64,000 nucleotides of DNA from an uncultured virus (IMG/VR IMGVR_UViG_3300025410_000018) (Duplodnaviria > Heunggongvirae > Uroviricota > Caudoviricetes): IMG/VR virus record IMGVR_UViG_3300025410_000018. One strand, 5' to 3'. Shown here one piece after another: positions 20,201-29,204 of this stretch (the stretch's first letter is position 1; each line of letters begins with the position of its first letter). The notes below the pieces were generated by a model. It had not been told where the DNA came from and made no database searches. It worked only from the letters and a program-made list of their open reading frames with translations. Position numbers and translations under genes: made by a program.

Positions 20201-21878
20201 GCTTAACAATACTATCAAGTTTTTTCTTGTCATAAGCACCGCTTTCTATATCATACTTAGAAAACTCGGTTTGTAATCTTTTAAGTTGTTTTTCTAAATC
20301 AGCTTTTGTTTTATCAGCTGTGTTAGGCGTTCCACCCAATCTTTTAAGCGCTTTTTCATCATCCGCAATTTTATTAGTTAATTCTTCATGTTGTTTTGAC
20401 AACTGCGTATATGTTTTGGTATCGCCTGTTTTAATAGCTTCGTTTAACTTATTTTCTATTTCAGTTAAAAATTTTTGATCTTCAGGTAAAGATTTTTCTA
20501 AAGCTGTGCGTTGTTGTGTTTCTTCCGCAGCAGTTAAAGTTGATACTGGCGCTAAACCTGCTTTTGGCGGTTTGCCAAATAATTGTCCTGTTTTTTGTTG
20601 CGCTTCTTCAAACTCTTGTTGTTTTTTATTCTCTTCTTCTTGAAGTTTTTCAGCTTTACGTTGTTGTAATTCATCTAACGTAAGTTTAGCAGTTGGTATC
20701 TCTTTAACACGTTCAGGCGCAAGTTCACGCAACTCAATAACTTTATCATTAAGTTGGTTTTCTAATTGTTTAATCTTAGCGTTAGTTTCTTTTTTTGTAG
20801 CTTTATCTAAATCTTTATCTTTTGCTAAATCTTTTAAACTAGCTATCTGCAACTCAAGTTCATTACTATCGCTTATTAACGTGTTGTGATATTCAGGAGT
20901 TTGACGTTCTTTGTCTTTAAGCGCTTGTTCTTCTTGTTGCTTTTTAAATGCTTCTTCTGTTCTTTTATCTTCAGCTTTTTGTATTACATCTCTAGCTTCA
21001 GCCCGTTTACCTGCCACATCAAAAGGCGAAAATACACCGCCTAAAGCAGCGCCACCAACAAAACTATCTAAATATTGTTCTCTTGCTTGAGGACTTGTTA
21101 AACTTAATCCTGCTTGTAAACGATCAAACCAATCTTGCCCAGCCTCTGTAGCACCTTCTATACCAGCAACTTTAGCGCCGCCAGCAATAAACTGCCCTGC
21201 TGTTTTGCGAATACCTTGATCAACAATTTTTTTAGCGGCTTCTTCTGTTAAGTCTTTTCCAACAGATTTAAATATTTTTTGTACGCCGGGAACGTATTTA
21301 AGACCAACAATATCTAAAGCTGTTTGTGGTACAGCTGCAACAGCGGCATTAAATAAACTAGTTTCTTTTAAGTCTTTACCAGCAACACCTTCTTCCGGTG
21401 CGCCTTTCATTTGAGTGCCTAAGTTAGCGCCAGTAAATTGTAAGAACGAAGGTACAGCCGCAGCTGCGCCTGCCCCCAAAGCCCCCAATCCAGCAGCCTC
21501 AGCACCAAAACCAGCCACAATAGGCGCTGCCATATAAGGTATAGAACTACCAGCTGTTTCTTTTAGCTTCTCCCATGGAGACTCTAACCAACCTTTTGTT
21601 GTTGGGGCAAAAACCTGTTCTTGTTTTTCTTCTTGCGCTTTAGCGTATTTCTCAGCTTCAGCAGTATCCATTAAACCAGTTCTACCGGCTAAGGTAGCAA
21701 TATCACCTTTTAAACCTTCAAGTCCTGATTTAAAAGCGCCGGTAAATCCTGTGTCTGGTTTTTCAAGTGGATTAAAAGCGGTGGGGTATTTTTCTTGAGC
21801 TAAAGCAAAAGCTTGTTGTGGCGTAGCCCCTTCTGGTACTTTAAAGTAGCTGTTATCAGGTAGCTTTATATATGCCAT
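14232..21878 (-). CDS. large internal virion (ejection) polyvalent protein with zincin-like domain and LPD38-like C-terminus
   Basis: 2548 aa; hydrophobic Gly/Ala N-terminal helices, long coiled coils, AHEITGH motif, C-terminal IPFMNAQIQG...RVPIPFEIG...LEYLIRGYTG pattern. Confidence 0.75.
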   Translation of the reverse strand: MAYIKLPDNSYFKVPEGATPQQAFALAQEKYPTAFNPLEKPDTGFTGAFKSGLEGLKGDIATLAGRTGLMDTAEAEKYAKAQEEKQEQVFAPTTKGWLESPWEKLKETAGSSIPYMAAPIVAGFGAEAAGLGALGAGAAAAVPSFLQFTGANLGTQMKGAPEEGVAGKDLKETSLFNAAVAAVPQTALDIVGLKYVPGVQKIFKSVGKDLTEEAAKKIVDQGIRKTAGQFIAGGAKVAGIEGATEAGQDWFDRLQAGLSLTSPQAREQYLDSFVGGAALGGVFSPFDVAGKRAEARDVIQKAEDKRTEEAFKKQQEEQALKDKERQTPEYHNTLISDSNELELQIASLKDLAKDKDLDKATKKETNAKIKQLENQLNDKVIELRELAPERVKEIPTAKLTLDELQQRKAEKLQEEENKKQQEFEEAQQKTGQLFGKPPKAGLAPVSTLTAAEETQQRTALEKSLPEDQKFLTEIENKLNEAIKTGDTKTYTQLSKQHEELTNKIADDEKALKRLGGTPNTADKTKADLEKQLKRLQTEFSKYDIESGAYDKKKLDSIVKRIEETQSNLKAFEKMPTEQTSLFEGEKELTYPEYEKRVAEEKAQKEPINEELLKQEEAQNEIEESKGIADSYFKKPTLKELKDKLDALKKEKATLEKMGANIPWYAKDRPDELLGEIAEAEDRYKHEYAKQVTGEKVTPEKYLERKQQESLDALQTHLDTLEENPDDAKAEQKANAAGRNYILHAIEEIDAIRKKNGQQVLNDGEVLILVQELRDKINNVIKNKDAAALEYAELPTKVNLKGAGVGEEATKVGKLKGEFRSKYRKENKLENLSPLEKELQNIKNKYGVAEEEFALKIQDGRPKKEEAPTDVSKVRKTGSYPTVDTTTNAIIETPVYEVSEPSALTPREKEAGKKVDVSNIGNINQGDLFSDKALSEFQTATVRATPKNFMRLVAIQSQKFKFAKQEIEKKLQEIKDRAEANKKKKTINRDLLDDLAAQRSFIEDLINVDESVSNLRNNAEQLWNMRSKVVESIKEVDKLKKEIKKTQKEINNLVKEQAEIQPQNPEEKISGNERVKDLNKQIEEKRKKIETLTKSQNKKETVDEKETIDEKETIDLRKVLKHIDATADERLKVIDALHERANQLINANVELEIGILNGLEEKYKKAVAAGQADSVELSKSLDAERAKQAKLSAEVLNLLEAQVGEKRKAEQQRLEALESLPGVRRTVVINTQLTVAQESLVDTNKELKAKKEQLEKLTEGTTEYNKVAREIAKLRADKIAQLSPIQQKLTQTLEPLTKEEQAAKVKKETIEGAKQMQAVRNLAQKQLTVEETEALIKKYKIQAELNTYKAKEAKTKAEANKFNNLAKKQNNSAKYLQKKLDEKLANKRLEAQGFIDKSKPTPPKMKTGVKAANKKVKKVFKDVEQEARDIGVSRQDFEAVESGLFFGKPNIHFRIEPAHGGVGISQDEANKVISKIKVPKGLNITVLSKLSGSLKDRIEELGYNPDEVRGGVLPDGSVFIVAENHADVKDLQRTMAHEITGHLGIETTIGEEGMKTLANKVEKQEGGIMGLADKLEVGEDAQAAYAAAKRNGKTNEEANLAAMRELIAHTEEARPDKGFLAKANEFIKAMVGAVRAALRKRGVDLDISTSDIYKMLRDARKEFKEMAPGAYKNADGDILFNVHPTYNSKFADVAKETEAMVAMPKSILSSVRANSSGLAWRTKLIDRFAPVEKVAEKMKDSLKATQLMYFLRMHDQRMTWVGEITSRGPIDLVEKTRKDGTKEILIESQEGASLKKMAEALRGANVGNHEAAVEMFTKYLAAIRAKNKGINALDFSGNVTPEMLTNVLNAVSSDAKTKAAFEKAADIYNEYNKGLINFAVKTGALNKDAAAKMLAEKDYVPFYRVDKNTNEVFLDIKGAPSVKIGNLKDQPYLHELVGGDKPIMDVFTSALQNTSMLTDMALRNLAARNTAYGLSELGYLNVKSDKKNDNGIYKGPGPARPTVIHFKRDGDLYWAEVNSENAGIPSELLVKGLEGVNTSLPTIIKTMNIPSNFLRKWVVRNPAYAARQIVRDSLSAYILTGANSTPIMSSLKETGKMLTGRSETEKELQRRGILGGQVLTGTSEDQRKIMADLAKGKEGFNINTLISSLDSLAVKGDASTRVALYNDFIRQGLSDMEATLATLESMNFSKRGTSPSLFMATQVIPFMNAQIQGLDVLYKAFTGKMPFEQKLQVRKKLMQRGLTLAATSMAYAMMMSDDESYLNATDEERLNNWFIKVPFSDEPLRVPIPFEIGLIFKAVPEALVNASNKNLDSADTNKALLVQFAKQIPGASSYGLPQAFKPALEAALNYSFYTDAAIDSQRLQGFDPAERYGDRTTEIAKQIGKVFNISPNRLEYLIRGYTGSLPLAIASLTNPMFKSKEFAEVEAPSRRLSETPVVGAFFQPIDGRRLIDKAYKDMEDIRRTAETYKKYEDEGRVKEADALLDAKADIIGLESAAGTFRKQMGDLTQEERDVRSNPKMSPQEKRRRLDEIRQDKIALAKDLSASARG

Positions 21879-21912
21879 ATACTTTACAAAATTGTTTAGC
21901 TAACGAGGCTAG

Positions 21913-23523
21913 TTATTGACGAACAACTGCGTTTTTATCAATTGTACTATAAGTAAGAGGCTGTCCACCACTATTTATATATTGTTGATATGTCATAGCG
22001 TTAGTTACCCCAAAAGGTTCTAACTCTCGTTTTGTTTTTGGGTCTAACCCTTTAAAATCAGTGATAGCTTGCTGAATAGTAATTTGTGACATTTTAGCAT
22101 TTGCACCAACGCCTTTAGCTGCCATAACGCCGGGCATTTCATTGTAGTAGTTTGCTCTAGCCTTAAGTTCCGAAATTTCAGCAGGAACTTTTTCTTCAGC
22201 AACAGCTGCCAAACGCTTATGAACTGCAAGCGTGCCAATATCATTTTGGAATTTTTGAGCCAAACCTTGATACTTTTCTACAAGTTCTTGATTGCCTTGT
22301 TCTTCTGCAACCGCAGCTTTTTGTAAATTAAAGTTATAGTCACGATAATCTTTTTGCAATTCTTTAGCTTCTTTACGGCTTAAGTTAAGCGCGGCTAATC
22401 CTGATGTGTTACCTTCTTGAACAGCTTTACCAAACTGCGGATTAGCCAATAGCGCAGCACCCATGTTCATCATGTACTGACCAATGCCTTGATTTCTAAC
22501 ATCTTCAATTTCTTTTTTACGCTCAGGTTCTGCTTTAGCGTGTTCATCTAACATATCTTGGAATTTACTATGTTTATTCTGCAAATCACTTATGGTACTG
22601 TTAATGCTGTTATACATATCATCATTACGCATTTGATCCATAACATCTGCTGGCGGCATAGACCCCGGAGGCAACTTAGCATTTGGGTTTGTAACTGGTG
22701 CTGTTAAAGGTGCTGTTAAAGGTACTGTTGAAGGTACTGTTGAAGGTGTCCTATTTTTTAAAGCTGCGTCTAATCCAGCATTAGATGTGTTTGTTTGTGC
22801 CGTTGCTACAGGCGCAGGTGTTGGCGTATTTGTTAAAGAAGGCGCGGCTAAATTTGTGCCTTTTAAATTAGCTTCAGTTTGTTTTTTTACTTCCGCAGCT
22901 TTAGCAACATTAGATATAGCCTGCCTAGCCTGCCTATACGCTGCTTTGTTAGCCAAATCAGCTTCATCTTCTTGGCTAAGATCGCTACTATAACCACTAA
23001 ACCCACCCATAGGGTCAACAATCACTTGATTATTAGTTTGCCCATTATATCTAGGAACATCTTCTTCGCCTGTAATACCACCAGCACGCATAGACTGCAT
23101 ATTAGGTGCAGGAATTTGATCTAAGCCAGCTTGAGGAGCAGGGGCGTTTTGTGCCGATGGTTGACCCATAGGCTGTTGACCCATAGCTTGAGGCGGTACT
23201 ATCATCTGTTGCGGATGAGCAGCTTGTTGTTCAGCTGATAATAACTGATCTTTAATTGATGGTTGTTGCCCTTGTTGCCCAGCCATAGCTGTGCGTAATT
23301 CTTGACGACCTTGTGCAGCTAACATAGCCGCAAATTGAGGAACCTGAATAGGTGAACCATGCACATCTAAAGTAACTGGCTTTCCTGCTAACACGTCAGC
23401 AAGAGTTTGGTCAGGGACATTCTTTAACATGTCCATCATAGCAGTCATATTAGATAAATCTTGTCCTTTTTGTTGCGGTGCTCCAAAAGCAGCGCCTAGT
23501 CCAGCTTGTTGTGTATTTATCAT
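21913..23523 (-). CDS. putative internal virion protein
   Basis: Gln/Ala/Pro-rich, position among ejection proteins, MRAGG motif. Confidence 0.6.
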   Translation of the reverse strand: MINTQQAGLGAAFGAPQQKGQDLSNMTAMMDMLKNVPDQTLADVLAGKPVTLDVHGSPIQVPQFAAMLAAQGRQELRTAMAGQQGQQPSIKDQLLSAEQQAAHPQQMIVPPQAMGQQPMGQPSAQNAPAPQAGLDQIPAPNMQSMRAGGITGEEDVPRYNGQTNNQVIVDPMGGFSGYSSDLSQEDEADLANKAAYRQARQAISNVAKAAEVKKQTEANLKGTNLAAPSLTNTPTPAPVATAQTNTSNAGLDAALKNRTPSTVPSTVPLTAPLTAPVTNPNAKLPPGSMPPADVMDQMRNDDMYNSINSTISDLQNKHSKFQDMLDEHAKAEPERKKEIEDVRNQGIGQYMMNMGAALLANPQFGKAVQEGNTSGLAALNLSRKEAKELQKDYRDYNFNLQKAAVAEEQGNQELVEKYQGLAQKFQNDIGTLAVHKRLAAVAEEKVPAEISELKARANYYNEMPGVMAAKGVGANAKMSQITIQQAITDFKGLDPKTKRELEPFGVTNAMTYQQYINSGGQPLTYSTIDKNAVVRQ

Positions 23524-23526
23524 AGA

Positions 23527-24840
23527 TTAGCCCCCAAATGCTTTATATGCGCCGGCTGCGCCTAACCCAAGACCCATTAACTGTTGTGAAGTTGTTGGGT
23601 TTGCTTGATATGTTTGTGTTGTAGCTGACTGTAACGGCAAGCCGTGTAATAGGTTTGATAAGAAACCCAACTGCATATATGGATACTGTTGTGCTGTAGC
23701 ATAGTTTTGAACAGCCTGATTGATAATATTCTGCTGTTGGTTCTGTTGCTGTGCACCCATTTGACTCTGCTGATTAATAATATTTTGTTGAGCGCCTAAC
23801 TGTTGCCCGCCTATGTTTGCAAGATTACTTGCTGCTTGTCCAGCTTGTCCGTACCCAGCTTGCTGTGCACCCACACCTTGTAGCCCTGTTTGAGCGCCTT
23901 GTATACCTAACTGACCTGCTTGACCAGCACCTTGTAAACCCATGCCGTAACCTTGCATAGCTTGTGAACCAGCTTGACCTGCGCCTTGTAAGCCCATACC
24001 ATAACCTTGTAAAGCTTGAGCGTTTCCTGCCAAAGCTGCTTGATTTGCTGCCTGCATTTGTTGTTGAGCATTTTGAAACGCAGTATTGTATCCTTGACCA
24101 ATAATTTGATTCTTAGCAAGACCGGCATTACGCTGATTTTCAGCAGCCATTAATGCTTCACGGGAACCACCAAAAGCACCTGATTGAGTAGCTGCGCTTT
24201 GTTCCCCTTGCCCAGTAATATCATACTGTCTTTGAACTTCGGCAAGTTGTGGATTTAAACTAGCTTGTAAATATGGGTTCATGTATCCTTGAACAGCATT
24301 AGGGTCTTGTGACATTTGTCCTAAACTTTGCCCAATATTTGCACCTTGTTGACCAGCCATCGCACCTAAACCACCATATGCATTTGATAACCCAGCAGCC
24401 TGTTGACCAGCCATTGCGCCAGCGCCGCCATACACATTAGATAAACTAGCATTTTGTTGCCCCGCTCTTGCACCCATGCCCCCATACATACCAGCTTGAC
24501 CAGTAGTACCAAGAGCGCCTAAACCAGAAGTTGTAGCTAAATCGGTTGCAGTCCCATATTGACCGGGTGTTTGAAGGTTAGCTGCACCAGTAAATGCTTG
24601 TTGTTGCATAGGGGAAAACCCTGCAACGTAATCGGATGGGTTATTACTATAAGGTTGATACGCTTGAGTAGTTGTATATGTAGTATTACCGCTAGCGTCT
24701 GTTGTCGGCTGAAATACTTGCTGCTGCGCAGCACTCATCATGTTCTCTACATATGGCTGAGCATACGTTGGTAAATTGGTTTGCTGTACCGTACTGGTAG
24801 TATTTGTTGGTGCTGGTGCACTTCCTCCGCCGCCGCTCAT
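23527..24840 (-). CDS. putative DNA ejection/pilot internal virion protein
   Basis: MSGGGGS start, YMNPY and GAFGGSR motifs, Gln/Gly-rich, hydrophobic C-terminal GLGLGAAG. Confidence 0.7.
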   Translation of the reverse strand: MSGGGGSAPAPTNTTSTVQQTNLPTYAQPYVENMMSAAQQQVFQPTTDASGNTTYTTTQAYQPYSNNPSDYVAGFSPMQQQAFTGAANLQTPGQYGTATDLATTSGLGALGTTGQAGMYGGMGARAGQQNASLSNVYGGAGAMAGQQAAGLSNAYGGLGAMAGQQGANIGQSLGQMSQDPNAVQGYMNPYLQASLNPQLAEVQRQYDITGQGEQSAATQSGAFGGSREALMAAENQRNAGLAKNQIIGQGYNTAFQNAQQQMQAANQAALAGNAQALQGYGMGLQGAGQAGSQAMQGYGMGLQGAGQAGQLGIQGAQTGLQGVGAQQAGYGQAGQAASNLANIGGQQLGAQQNIINQQSQMGAQQQNQQQNIINQAVQNYATAQQYPYMQLGFLSNLLHGLPLQSATTQTYQANPTTSQQLMGLGLGAAGAYKAFGG

Positions 24841-25244
24841 AATTTAATCTCCATTAATGTAGCCTTCTTTTCAAGCTTAACCTTTTCATACAGCCTAATA
24901 GCTGCGTCTCTCGTAAATACCTGCACTCTTGTTGCACCCATTCTGCGTAAAATTGTTAACACTTGCTCAAAAACATTATTGTTTACAACATTTCTACCGC
25001 CTAAAGTAGTTATAGTAGCTGTTCTATGATTTGCGCCGTTAGAAAAAGCTACTGTAGCTGCTCCATGAATCTGTTGTAAATCATCTACTGCCACCAACAA
25101 AAGCCAAGAACCTGTAGTCAAAAAAACTTTAACTTGGTCAGTCGTATAATCATCCGTATGTTCTAAAGCACGATCAATAAACGAAGCAACCGCTGACCAA
25201 ATTTGTGTAATATATTCTACATTTACAGGTTGAACTTTGATCAT
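24837..25244 (-). CDS. putative GNAT-fold virion assembly protein
   Basis: Size and position before pilot protein; acetyltransferase-like pattern (RRMGATRVQVFTR...RLYEK). Confidence 0.5.
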   Translation of the reverse strand: MIKVQPVNVEYITQIWSAVASFIDRALEHTDDYTTDQVKVFLTTGSWLLLVAVDDLQQIHGAATVAFSNGANHRTATITTLGGRNVVNNNVFEQVLTILRRMGATRVQVFTRDAAIRLYEKVKLEKKATLMEIKL

Positions 25245-26728
25245 GTTGGCAAATACTTTTCTGCTTTAATTTGTTTACCTTGTTTCGGATTTCCTGTTCT
25301 CGCCTTACGTACTTTGTCCATCATAGCGTATAGACGCTTAGCGCCAGCATCAGTAGACCCATTACCCAAATGGCTAACAACATCAGCAGGAACTACAAAT
25401 TCACCTTCAGCTAATCTAGCTGGTTGATGTTTACCAATTTTAGCAGGTATATTGTCACTCATGCCATCGCCCGGACCTTTTAACAATCTGCCGCCATCTG
25501 AGTAAGAACCTAAATTATATGTCTCACCCCCATGCGCTAAATTAAGATTACCTAAGCCAGCAACAGATGGTCCTTGAGCTACTCCTACAGGAGTTTGTGC
25601 TTGATACATTGCGTTATTTAATTGTGCTTTTGAAGCATCCCATGGAGACATAGCTGCTAAACTTGCTGCGTTTGTGTATGAAGGTTTTTTAGATTTAGCG
25701 CTTCCGCCACTAGCCATAGCCTGAGTCATATCGCCTGTCATTGGGTTTGTGGCTGGTTCAAATTCTCTTACTGCCATAGCGCTTGCAGGCAACTGAGTCG
25801 GATCCATAAAGTTAGTATGTTCTTGTTGACTCATTGGATACATTTGACCGGGCTGACCACCCATAGCCATACCGCCACCAGCTAAAGCAACAATACCGCC
25901 AGTAGCAGCAGTATAAGGATTTTGAACATAGTTTCTATATTGTGCTTGATACGCAGGTGATGGCTGCGCTGGTTGATATGGATGGTAGTTAGGGTCTAAC
26001 CTAGTTGCGTTAAAACCTGTGTCGGGTGTTTGACCGGGGATAGCACCTACTGAATTGGGTGGTTGCGCTAACAACGCTGGTACTGCTACGCCAGCTAAAG
26101 ATTTCCAATTAGCTTTAGCAAAATCAGTTGCTGCGCTAGGAGATGCTGTTACATTTGAAAACCCTTGAGCCATATTAGCAGCATTACTTGGGATAGCTGC
26201 TTGTTGTCCTACTCCTTCAGCAGTTGATGCGGCACTTCTAACACTTTGTAACCCAGCATCTCCCATACCTGCATTTTGTTCTGCTAATAGTGCGGCTTGA
26301 GATCCCGGCGCTGCTGAAGCACCTTCTACACCCAATTGAGCAGCTGTATTTGCTGCTGCTCCCGATGCTGCCCCTGATGCAGCTAAACTTTCTGCTAAAT
26401 TACCGCCACTATAAATACTTAAACCAGTCATCAAGCCTTTACCTACATCACCAGTTTTAGAATAGTCATACAAACCACCAGCGCCAGCTACAAAAGGTAA
26501 AAGTGCAGGAGCAAAAATAGCAGTGCCAATACCAAGAGCCGCAGGTAAAAAAGCATCTAAAACACCAGCTTCAGGAAGTCCCGTTTGTGGATTTAAAGTA
26601 AGACTTTTACCGTGCGCTTGAGCTAGATTTTGTAAACCCGCCAGCTCTTTATTTGACATATGTACGAGTTTACTATCCGGTCCACGTCCGTGATCCTCAA
26701 GATGTTTAGCTACATGTTGTAAACTCAT
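25241..26728 (-). CDS. putative internal virion protein with GPGDGMSD...GEFVVPADVV domain
   Basis: GRGPD..LVHM..NPQTGLPEA N-terminus, TM-like segment, multiple xxxGG motifs. Confidence 0.7.
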   Translation of the reverse strand: MSLQHVAKHLEDHGRGPDSKLVHMSNKELAGLQNLAQAHGKSLTLNPQTGLPEAGVLDAFLPAALGIGTAIFAPALLPFVAGAGGLYDYSKTGDVGKGLMTGLSIYSGGNLAESLAASGAASGAAANTAAQLGVEGASAAPGSQAALLAEQNAGMGDAGLQSVRSAASTAEGVGQQAAIPSNAANMAQGFSNVTASPSAATDFAKANWKSLAGVAVPALLAQPPNSVGAIPGQTPDTGFNATRLDPNYHPYQPAQPSPAYQAQYRNYVQNPYTAATGGIVALAGGGMAMGGQPGQMYPMSQQEHTNFMDPTQLPASAMAVREFEPATNPMTGDMTQAMASGGSAKSKKPSYTNAASLAAMSPWDASKAQLNNAMYQAQTPVGVAQGPSVAGLGNLNLAHGGETYNLGSYSDGGRLLKGPGDGMSDNIPAKIGKHQPARLAEGEFVVPADVVSHLGNGSTDAGAKRLYAMMDKVRKARTGNPKQGKQIKAEKYLPT

Positions 26729-26763
26729 AAATAGACCTCTTTCAATTTACTATATAATAACAT

Positions 26764-27057
26764 TTAAACTGCCGTTCCGGAAGCATTTTTCCACGCACTC
26801 CCGCTCCACCAAATAGGTATACCTAGCGTCGTATCATAAAAAAATTGACCAATTTGTAATTTAACTGTTGGTCTTTGTGAGGTTGTTCCACTTGGAGGAA
26901 CCGTTAGCCCACTTGAAAAATTATCAAGCTGATTAAAATAAAGACGCAAAACATTCAGAATTTGATCTTGATACTGCTGTGTATAGTCTACCGGTGCAAC
27001 AGGTAAGTTTGGTGCTTTTGGTGGCAGTAGCGTTAGGGTTTTTAATGGAGTTGTCAT
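26764..27057 (-). CDS. small tail-associated protein
   Basis: Coupled to nozzle gene; GTTSQRP...GQFFYDTTLG.PIWW fibre-type motif. Confidence 0.6.
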   Translation of the reverse strand: MTTPLKTLTLLPPKAPNLPVAPVDYTQQYQDQILNVLRLYFNQLDNFSSGLTVPPSGTTSQRPTVKLQIGQFFYDTTLGIPIWWSGSAWKNASGTAV

Positions 27058-29201
27058 CTACGCCCATCCGGTCTGATATCTATTCTTGGGCTACCTAATT
27101 GCCAAGCAACTCCAACTGTATTTGACTCAATTCTAAATGCCATTTGACGACCACGCAAACGTGTATAAACCTGTCCTGTAAACTGCTGTACGTTATAAAC
27201 ACTTGATTTAGCATAGTTATTTCCACTAACAACTTGTGGATTATCTGCTTGCCCGTAAGGTGTTCCTGAGTTTTGTCTTGGTTTAACCGTCATCGTACAG
27301 GAAGGAGCATTGACAGTAGATCCATTAAAGTTAACGTCCGGCAATATTCTCCACACAAAACCAAAATTATGTCCATCACCAATATCAAAATCAGAGGACT
27401 GCACATAAGCATCAATAGGCAAGGTAACTGAGGTAGCATTATCGTCAACTCCAAATTCATGGTTTAACAAACGCCCGTTGTAATCGGCGGCAATCGGATA
27501 CTGCTCAATACCATTTTGAATCCACGCGGTGCGACCCATCGTACCGTAATACCATACTTGATCTAAGTAATTATATATGACATAACTGTCTATTTTTGTA
27601 GAATTTTGTGAGCAGTAGAACCACCAAACTTCATTATATCCTTCATTAGCGCCAGCAAACACTTGGAAAGACTGGTCTGGATTTAAATTATCAAACACAT
27701 ATTGACGTACTGCACAAGGTAGGGTTTGTACTGTACCTGAATAAATATAGAACTTATTAGCGCCCATCCAGTAAGTCACGTTGTTTACTGTAATCATAGC
27801 GTTAGGTGACATGATGGAGATATTATCCATTAAAACTTGGAAGCCCCAAACATACGGCGCGCCTAAATACTGCATGGAGTATAAGGCTGAATCTGTCCAA
27901 ATAAGAATCTCTTGACGGGTTGTTCTTGCCCCAATAATCTGCGAACCGTTTGATAAAGCAAATTCACCTGACTGATTAGTTACTGATGGCACCCATTGAT
28001 ATTGATTTGCTTGATCTGACCAACGCACAAGCAAAGGATTAAACCCACCACCTGAATATGAGTTAGATCCCATAGCAATTAAAAATTGTTGAATCGGCGC
28101 ACTTAAAACCTGAAGTGTTTGTACAGGAACAGCAGCACTACTATAGCCATAGAAGTTTGCTAAATAAGATAATGATACCGCTCTAGTACCAACACCGTTT
28201 TGGTCTTGCCAATAATAAATAGGACCACCACGAGGTGCAAGCGCTAAATCTTGCCCATAGTTATCTGATGACCAAAGACGTAATTGAACTCCAACTCCAG
28301 AGGTATAACCTAAGCCCCAACCATGAGTTCCAAGACCTTCTAAAACAATAACCGCAGAACCACCACCAGATGTAGTAGAACTTGCAGTAAAAGAGCTTGG
28401 TAAGGTAATCTGATAAGTGTTAGTTGTTACACCTGATATAACATAGGTCGTATTAAGCATAGAAGCAGGTATGCCCGCAAAAGTTGTAGCCCCAGTAAAC
28501 GCTACATAAGTTCCGTTAGACATACCATGCGCTGTTTGCGTAACTGTTACAACTGAACTTCCTGATGTTGCTGCAAATGGATTTGAACCTAAAGTTACAT
28601 AAACAGGACTAGAAATACCGCCCCACGGACCCGCACCCCAACCAATACCTACCGTATAAACTTCATTACCTATAGGATATTCGTAGTTAACTACCGCCGC
28701 AGTTGGTCCAGCTGCACTTGGTGCTGTTGCTGCCGTGATCGTATATGTTGTAGAAGAAGGTACGGTTTTAACTACATACTCACCTGTAAAGACATACCCA
28801 CCTACAGTATATGAACCACCAAAAACTATGTAATCGCCGACACTTGGATTGTAAGCACCATCTGTAATTGTTACTGTTGTTGTGCCATTTGTGGTTATAG
28901 TTACAGAAGAGCCCGTCACTATATATGGTGTTATGTCGTTGTAAGTACCGCCTTGATAAATATAATACTTAATATTAGTGCCGGCACCTAAAAAATTATC
29001 GCCTGTTAAATCTACCCAATTCCATAAGTTACGGCACACACCTAGATATTGATTAGGACTTACTTGCCCCCAACCACCGATCTTTTCAGGAAACCCAGAA
29101 CGAAAACGAATTTTGTCACAGTCATACCAACCACCCTCGTTAGAGTAATCAGTACCTTCTCTATTAACACCCGGTCTAAACTGTAACTTTTGTAATGGCA
29201 T
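27054..29201 (-). CDS. tail nozzle/stabilisation protein (tubular protein B / P22 gp10-like) with inserted beta domains
   Basis: 715 aa beta-rich, RWSDQ, EVWWFY, DIRPDGRR end; two Thr-rich VTVT..AHG-type inserts. Confidence 0.7.
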   Translation of the reverse strand: MPLQKLQFRPGVNREGTDYSNEGGWYDCDKIRFRSGFPEKIGGWGQVSPNQYLGVCRNLWNWVDLTGDNFLGAGTNIKYYIYQGGTYNDITPYIVTGSSVTITTNGTTTVTITDGAYNPSVGDYIVFGGSYTVGGYVFTGEYVVKTVPSSTTYTITAATAPSAAGPTAAVVNYEYPIGNEVYTVGIGWGAGPWGGISSPVYVTLGSNPFAATSGSSVVTVTQTAHGMSNGTYVAFTGATTFAGIPASMLNTTYVISGVTTNTYQITLPSSFTASSTTSGGGSAVIVLEGLGTHGWGLGYTSGVGVQLRLWSSDNYGQDLALAPRGGPIYYWQDQNGVGTRAVSLSYLANFYGYSSAAVPVQTLQVLSAPIQQFLIAMGSNSYSGGGFNPLLVRWSDQANQYQWVPSVTNQSGEFALSNGSQIIGARTTRQEILIWTDSALYSMQYLGAPYVWGFQVLMDNISIMSPNAMITVNNVTYWMGANKFYIYSGTVQTLPCAVRQYVFDNLNPDQSFQVFAGANEGYNEVWWFYCSQNSTKIDSYVIYNYLDQVWYYGTMGRTAWIQNGIEQYPIAADYNGRLLNHEFGVDDNATSVTLPIDAYVQSSDFDIGDGHNFGFVWRILPDVNFNGSTVNAPSCTMTVKPRQNSGTPYGQADNPQVVSGNNYAKSSVYNVQQFTGQVYTRLRGRQMAFRIESNTVGVAWQLGSPRIDIRPDGRR

Positions 29202-29204
29202 GGT

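Noticed and set aside
22697..22748. 12-bp tandem repeats (STVPSTVPLTAPLTAP)
   Set aside because: In-frame low-complexity linker; no evidence of phase variation.
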